A stretch of 64,000 nucleotides of DNA, from assembly GCA_951406725.2 (NCBI GenBank), contig OX597821.1, positions 51,584,001 to 51,648,000 of the forward strand. The letters run 5' to 3'. Made by a program: the position numbers and the translations under genes. A model generated the notes under the pieces. That model was not told where the DNA came from. It saw only the letters and a list, made by a program, of their open reading frames with translations, and searched no databases. Shown in pieces: positions 55,390 through 64,000 of the stretch (the first letter of the stretch is position 1; each line of letters opens with the position of its first letter). The DNA is from Octopus vulgaris. Lineage: Eukaryota.

Positions 55390-55581
55390 TAGAGAACGCC
55401 GGGCAAAATGTTTAGCAGCATTTCGTGTATCTTTACGTACTGAGTTCAAATTCCGCTGAGGTCGACTTTGCCTTTCATCCTTTCAGGGTCGATACATTAA
55501 GTAGCAGTTGAGTACTGGGATCGATGTAATTGACTCGTCCCCTTCCTACGAATTTCAGGCCTTGTGCCTTTAGTAGGAAGG

Positions 55582-55582
<1 letters not shown>
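55390..55582 (+). mobile_element. Major SINE family copy (others at about 54500-54710 and 56840-56995 on +, and 62490-62650 on -)
   Basis: gagttcaaattccgctgaggtcgactttgcctttcatcctttcagggtcgata. Confidence 0.85.
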
Positions 55583-56842
<1,260 letters not shown>

Positions 56843-57186
56843 CTGTCTTTACGTCCTGAGCTCAATTGCCGCCGTCGTCGACTTTACTTTTCATCCTCTC
56901 GGAGTCGATAAGTACCAGCTGAATACTGCGGTCGATGTAATCGATTCATCCTTTCCCTCAAAATTGCTGCCATTGTGGAGGAATTTGAAACCACTATTAT
57001 TGTTGTTGTTGTTGTTGCTAGTGAATTATTATTTGGTAAATTATAGATATTTACATATTTAAGCGCGTTTCATCAACATCCAAACTTATTTTATTTTATG
57101 TTGTTTTCGGCATCTACTCTGAATACAAGATATCAGCCTGTAATTGTCTACCATATTGCCTTTTTTCGATGTTTTTCATGCACAGC

Positions 57187-57219
<33 letters not shown>

Positions 57220-59224
57220 TGTATGTATGTATGTATGTATGTATGTATGTATGTATGTATGTATGTATGTATGTATGTATGTATATGCATATTTTTATGT
57301 GTGCATGTATATTTGGTAAAATGATATGTTGGGGAGTGGTGGGGAGGCGTCTCACTTTTATGGATTATAATATCATTCCAATTCATATAATTATATGTGA
57401 ATTGGCAAGATTATTGATTTCTAGAAAAAGAACGCCGATTTTATTACAAAGCTATATAATAGGTTGCTTCTAAGTGATATGTATTTGCTGCTACTTATTT
57501 TTTGAAATAAAAACTATATCATTCAATTAAAAGTTAGTCTTTCGCAGACTTTATTACCATTACTTATTGATTACACCTTATTTAGGGCGGCCCTATTCTA
57601 ATGGAATGGATCTAGTGCATTACTACTGCTTCCGCAGCGATCATCACGCAATGAAAGACAGCTTAGTTCTTTCACACGTATCTTGTATCCCCGGTTCTTC
57701 TGTTGCTGAATTTGTTGTTGTTTAACCCCAGGTCGCTCCTGATGGAGGTGATTTCATGTAAAAAATAAAATAAAATATGGCCACCCGGAGTTCTTTTCCA
57801 TGCATGGGAACTCATTTATAGGTGCATGGATGGTAAGAAGTTTGAAAGATTTCTTCCCAACCATATGGTTCTAAGTTCGGTCCCACTGCGTGACGCCTTG
57901 GCAGAATTTCTTTTACTATATCCATGTATGTGATTGTGTCCTTTTGTTTTTCCCCCACTACCGCTTGACCGAAAGAATAAATACGAAGCATTAAATGTAA
58001 GCACTGGATTCGATTCGTTTAACTTAAACCCTTCGAGTTGATGCCGAAGAATGCCCAAGATCTATTGATCAAATCATCTAAAAGATTAACGATATAATAT
58101 AGGACTATATACTTCAATGTATCATTCCGGATTTTGATGGCAGGCTGTGAGAAGGGGATATGATTGCTGTTCCTATACTTTGACATACTTGAAAAACAGG
58201 TAATGATGGGCTAAGAAATTAGTGGCTTGATCTACTAGAAATGGCCGCCAAATTTCCCTCAAATTGCACCCTACCATGTAACCACTATAGACAAATACGA
58301 AAATACCAACAATTATAGATGATACTAAGAGACTAAGGGACATCGGTAATACGCAAATAATACAGCAATTGCTTTGTGTCAAACAACCATAAAGACCTTG
58401 TTACACTTTTAAGCCTTGGTATATTAAATCTGATAGCAACTGTATATTATATATATTATCAACACGATCAAAATTGAAACCGTGTTTTAAAAATACGATT
58501 ATTGAATCGGTAAAGAAATATCATTAAGGAATAAAATGATACCTAAAGTTCATAGTATATAATATACAGTGATTGATTAAATGTGTATACATTGAGTGCT
58601 TGGAAGTTCTCGAAAATAAACACTGATATCAAAGAATCAATAAGGTCAAGTTAGAATGACTCTATTTTTTAAAGCAGAATATTGTGTAATTTGTCAATGC
58701 CATTGCTACAACACACACATTCATAAACACACACTGACTCACATACACACACGCACACTATTGATTATGGTAGCCCTTTGCCATTCTTGTAATCAATTAG
58801 AACTCACCAAAGCTTAGACTTCAAGTTTACAGCAAGTTTTCTCTTGTTAAGCTGATTATTTTCACTGTGTAAAATTTTTCATTCAGAACAAAATCAGTAT
58901 TATCCTCACACTTTCTGATGATTTACTTCATAGTAAGGCTTTGAAAATTACTGAATATTGTAGAATATATTAACTCTGAGTAAAAAAAAAAAAAATATTT
59001 CTAATACATCTGGTCGTCCACCACATAAGAATCTATTTTCAACAAACAATTTTACAATTTTAAATTGCTAATTATCCAAAATGTTCTAGTCAGGCACATC
59101 ATTCAATGGTTAATTAATGTTACTAAATTAATTTTGGTTTAATTAAGAAGCTGTTCAGTTCGAATATTTTCATAATTTTTTGTCATGCGAGTATTGTAAT
59201 CACTAAATCTCATTAGAGATTTGC

Positions 59225-59322
59225 CCTGGGTTCTCATTCTTAAGGTATTTTTCGATGTTGTTATTATTATTATTATTACTTTTATTATTATTACTTTTTA
59301 TTATTATTATTACTTTTTATTA

Positions 59323-59392
<70 letters not shown>

Positions 59393-60010
59393 AGTCACTG
59401 CCTGGAATCGAATTCGGGATTATAAGTCTAATATTTTCCTGTCCTTCATTAATACCGGTTGCCGTATGTTACTCATATATGTACTCGGTCTGCTTAGGAG
59501 GTTGTTATGTCCTAGCATATGTGATTCTTCTTTTAGTTTACGTATTTTCTAGTGGAAAATGGAGACCACCTCCCCCTGTGGGATGAAGTTAAAATAATAG
59601 ATAGAGAACACCACTGGAAAATACGAAAACTAAAAGAAACAGCACATACGTTAGGACACAAAAACCTCCTAAGCAAGTCGAGTGCAGATATGAGTAGCAT
59701 ATGGGAAGCGGTATTAAGGAAGGAGAAGAGACTATTACATTTATAAGCCCTAAAATTCACTCCATAATTGCATACGGGCATATGGCGCAGTGCTGAAGAG
59801 CGCGGGCTACTAACCCCAAGATTCCGAGTTCGATTCCAGGCAGTGACCTGAATAATAATAATAATAATAATAATAACAATAACAACATAGGAATAAGAAC
59901 CTAGGTTCGAGATATCCCCAAGACATCTGATGAAGGCTGGAAGGTATATCAGTCGAAACTTTGTGTTAACAACAAACAAGAGGACAAATATCCGCCAAAT
60001 GTAAATAATG
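59225..60010 (+). mobile_element. Penelope-like terminus in inverted duplication, with a tRNA-like module and a hammerhead-like motif
   Basis: HLPLWDEVKIIDREHHWKIRKLKE is a PLE endonuclease C-terminus. 59225-59555 is an inverted copy of about 59611-59905. tRNA-like segment at 59776-59850. Confidence 0.8.
59922..59967 (+). ncRNA. Degenerate minimal hammerhead-like motif
   Basis: gacat-CTGATGA-a-ggctg[gaaggtatat]cagtc-GAAA-ct-TT-gtgtt. Stems I and II pair; stem III is disrupted. Confidence 0.55.
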
Positions 60011-61408
60011 CTCATTAATTAGGTTTAATAAATCTTATTATGCGTATCAATAAGGTTCTGCTACTTCACAGAAACCAAACTATTTTCATACTGTATGGTC
60101 ATTAGTTTCAACGTTATGTACAGATTACAGAATAAGGTTTTAAAGCTCCATGTCGCTTTTTTAAAGCTCCACAATGAAAACTTTTAGTTTCATGTAAGGC
60201 AACTCGCCTTACGGGAGAATTGGAATTCTATACGGTTATCAAACAATACACATTGCATACAGTGATGAGATTTCAATCCTAAGTAGCGACTTTGCAGGCA
60301 GTTAGTGGTTAAATTTTTTCATTTTAGGCAGCAGTAATACAATATAACTGTAGACTATTTTCTCACTATTCCCACATCCTATCCACGTAATTGCTCCAGC
60401 GGCTCATTATCTATATTTATACTAATAAATACATTAAATTTTAATTATTTAAACATCACACACGCCTTTAGTAGAAATAGAAAAACGTGTTCACTGCAAT
60501 ATCGTTCCGTGGGGGGAACGTTTATGGGAAATGTTTGAATCAAGCGTATTGAAACTGTTTAAATGGTTGAGTTACTGAATGTGTCATAATAAAAGAAATA
60601 AGCCCTGAGTTCACAATTAAAACAGAACTTACACATAAAATTTGTTTGGTGATTTATATAACATCGGCATCGAAATAGAGTTATGATGTTATAACACACT
60701 GGGATGCTGATTCATCACTCTGAATTAAACAGTCAATATGTGACCATATGTTTACTAACAAACAGCTTTAGTAAATGTTTAACTGTGGTCAACTAAATAT
60801 GATTTCAATTTCATTGTTGCCAGTTTAACCATTATTATATACTTTGTTTTTTAATAAATTTCTTGTTATTTCTGTAGTTGAACGTTGTGTAATGTTTCTT
60901 TCTAATCCAGAAGGAACCGGATTAGATTAAATTATTGATCGATTTCTGACATGTCTCAATTCATCATTGATGAAAATTTCCTGTATTTTTTTTTATCTAT
61001 TTATTCATTTAAGTTTTGGCTTTCTAACAAAATTCTTCTTAAGCATTAAATTGTTGTTAAGAAAGATCTGTAATCTCTCTGGCATTCTCCATGCCTGTTA
61101 GTCACCGAAATAGCAGGTATTTAATTCCGTATTCTCAACTTGATTAGCAAACAAAGACAATTGTACAGTTTATAAAGTTAGTCTCTCAAAATTTTTTATT
61201 ACACGCAAGTCATGAGAGAAATAACACACGCCATATCATTTATGCATAAGTCGGTGTCATATAGCGTTGAGGCAACATCTGGCTGTCACGAATTTCAAAT
61301 TGTCGATTGATCTCAAAAGAAGTTTGCTTTTTTAACCCCACCACTATAATTCCTCTCTCTTCCATTTTCTTTACTTTTCAATATTTTCACTTTCATTTCT
61401 ATTGTTGC

Positions 61409-61441
<33 letters not shown>

Positions 61442-61449
61442 TACTACTA

Positions 61450-61509
<60 letters not shown>

Positions 61510-64000
61510 TTATCATTATTATTATTATTATTTAAGTTTTGTTGCCTGATTTGTTCGTTTGCGACCTTCAAGAATGATGTGAGATCAACAAGCTAACTTT
61601 ATGTTTTGTGCTTAATTACCAACGCATACATAAATGAATATGTATTATGAAAGAATACGTTAATGAAAGAATTCAGGTCACACCATTTGACCAAAACCCA
61701 CGCTTTTTGTTATTTCATATGAAACAGAGCTACAAAAGTTTCACTTTACCAACAGTTTAACAAGAAATCTCCATAAAAATATTTTACTTTCCTAAACAGA
61801 AAAACTAAATGACATAATCGTTGTCATTTTACAAGAACCACAAATTTTCCTCATTTTTTTTTAAATAGCAAGAAATAATTCAATTCTTGAAATGTCTAAA
61901 TTTTCGTCTCACAACTACGGCCTAATCACTGACATAGTTCTACCACAATAATAAGGACCAATTTTTCCTCAATTAAATATCTCCTATATTTCCTGCCGTC
62001 TTCTCATTAATTGTCTCATAAATTAAACGATACATTCCACTGCAACAATTGTAGGTGTTAATTTCGAAATTTGGTCTGCTGTTCTTGTTTCTAGTTTCCA
62101 TAGAAATAAACACAGCACGTATGATCAATAATCAATAAAATTCTATACTATCCTAATTGCAATGATTCCAAAAACTATAAACTGATTTCATGTATAACCT
62201 GTCATTCGTAAATGGATTTAAAACATGAAAATACTTCATTCAGTTTCGTTGAATTAGAAATAGCATGGAAGCCTCGTTCAACTTGGTAATAAAAAAAATA
62301 GGAAAACTTCTAACGAATTAGTTTTTCATTCGGTTAAATTGGAAGCCATAGCATTCAATCATATAACAAAATGAAGTATTCACAGTTTCTATACTCATTA
62401 AAGGCATTTAATGAGCATACATAAGTTCATCAATGATTCTTCATTAAAATTTATTATTTCCAACATAGCACAAATCTACAAATGTTGCAGGTGTAGGGTG
62501 TAGTGAGTTAATCGATTTCGGTTCTGGTTCTTATTTTGTCAGCTTTTGAAGGATAAATGACAAACACAACCTCAGTGGAGTTTCAAATCCGAATGTAAAT
62601 TGACGTATCCCATATAATGCATGTCGTCTAGCGACCTCTGCCGATTGTCTTCCACTATTCTTATTCCTCTATTCAATTGAATTATATAGTGCCGTGCAGA
62701 TAGGTTATACTTCACGTTTTAGGTAGAAAATTTCAGCAACTGCATAATTTTTCCGTTCGTAGCAATAATCCATATTTTTTCTCTTACATTATTAACAAAG
62801 TCAGCACAAAGCTCAATGATTCTCTTTTCTTTAACTTTATTTACAATAAAACAATCACATGTTAACACTTTTTCAACTATGTTTTGGAACCTTTCGTACA
62901 TAATTGTCCGTCATATATGTCTAAATGATATCCCAATAACTCTGGTGCCACATTTTACCCTACATTTCTTTGCATTCAAACAGATGTTATAAATAATTCT
63001 CAAAAAGATTGTCTTTCTATCTTCGAGTTATTTTGATATGTTCCTAAAGTATAGTTGTTGTTGCTGTTAAATAACATTAGATCAGCTGTGATCGAGCTCC
63101 CATATGAACAAGATCGTTTAAGTTGTGATCATCCCAGTTTTCTTCTCAGACATAATTATTTTACATTTGCACTGTCTAATATACATTTTATTTTATTAAG
63201 ATGCAAAGGAATAAATATTGAAGATATACTTAACAACTATGCTGTGATTTTATTACTGATTAGTTTCAAAAGTAGTTTTGGCTGTGATTTCTTTTTGACT
63301 TCCTTTAGTAAATCTTTAGGATATCAATATGTCTAACCGTAGAATCCCAATGAGTTTTACTAAAAATCGACATTATTAAAACTTTGGACTCTATATTGTA
63401 ACAGTGCCAAAATCTTGTGTTGCGATGATATATAAATAATTCCTTCTTCACCTGCAGAAAGTGTGATTCAGGCTGTCACTAGTTCACATAATGTTGTTTA
63501 GCCCCAGAGGATCCTTCACTGGGCAGACCTTCGCACAAAGACAACATGTTCATGTCTGTCGGAGATATTTTTCTTTTCTTGTGTATGGCACAATGTTTAT
63601 CTAAGATTGCATTAACCAATATGTATTTCGTTCTATTTTTTGAATACGGTGAACTTTAGAATGATAGAGATTGTGTCACGATATCTAGCTGGTTAAGTGA
63701 CCCCGTTGAGGCTCCTTCTTTGGTTCATTTGGCTCATTGATTTACGTACACCCATAAAATATGTTGAAAATTTCTAGTAATTACGAGTACCTTCTTGGGT
63801 TTCGTCCTTCCAGACAATTCAATTCTTTCCTGTATCATTTTCATTCCTGTTCTCACTAAACATCAACTGATTGTACCATATTATGATATTTACTATCTAT
63901 CTTTATCACAGACCAACCAGAAAAATTCTATGTCATTTTGCGACCTTCTAGAAATAACAACTCAATCTCCTTCAAAATTAATCCAACTGTCTTTAAAAAG

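Noticed and set aside
57638-57680. Possible next exon (cttccgcag|RSSRNERQLSSFT)
   Set aside because: The phase fits, but there is no convincing donor site and no clear match to the expected QxFxKTxxYKG segment.
59776-59850. Functional tRNA gene
   Set aside because: A- and B-box-like motifs are present, but the acceptor stem pairs poorly and the segment is embedded in a repeat with an inverted partial copy. Treated as tRNA-derived.

Overview
AT-rich, microsatellite-dense animal genomic DNA. The repeat families resemble those of coleoid cephalopods (Octopus-like); this is an inference, not a database result. Most or all of the window is intronic to one + strand gene. Four GT-AG exons (6454-6548, 23652-23790, 44107-44191, 49343-49466) splice in frame into the end of the ectodomain, the transmembrane helix and the juxtamembrane segment of a natriuretic-peptide-receptor-type (receptor guanylyl cyclase) protein. 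The introns hold decayed mobile DNA: tRNA-derived SINEs (including tandem multimers), RTE, R4/Dong and HERO-like LINE pieces, Penelope-like (PLE) fragments, mariner, hAT, Helitron and Helentron-like elements. Most other ORFs in the track are microsatellite artefacts. The most notable unexplained structure is about 10 hammerhead-ribozyme-like motifs, one with an A3-U8 compensatory core. Several of them lie in or beside long fold-back elements, often next to (TA)n tracts. TE boundaries are approximate and identities were counted by eye.
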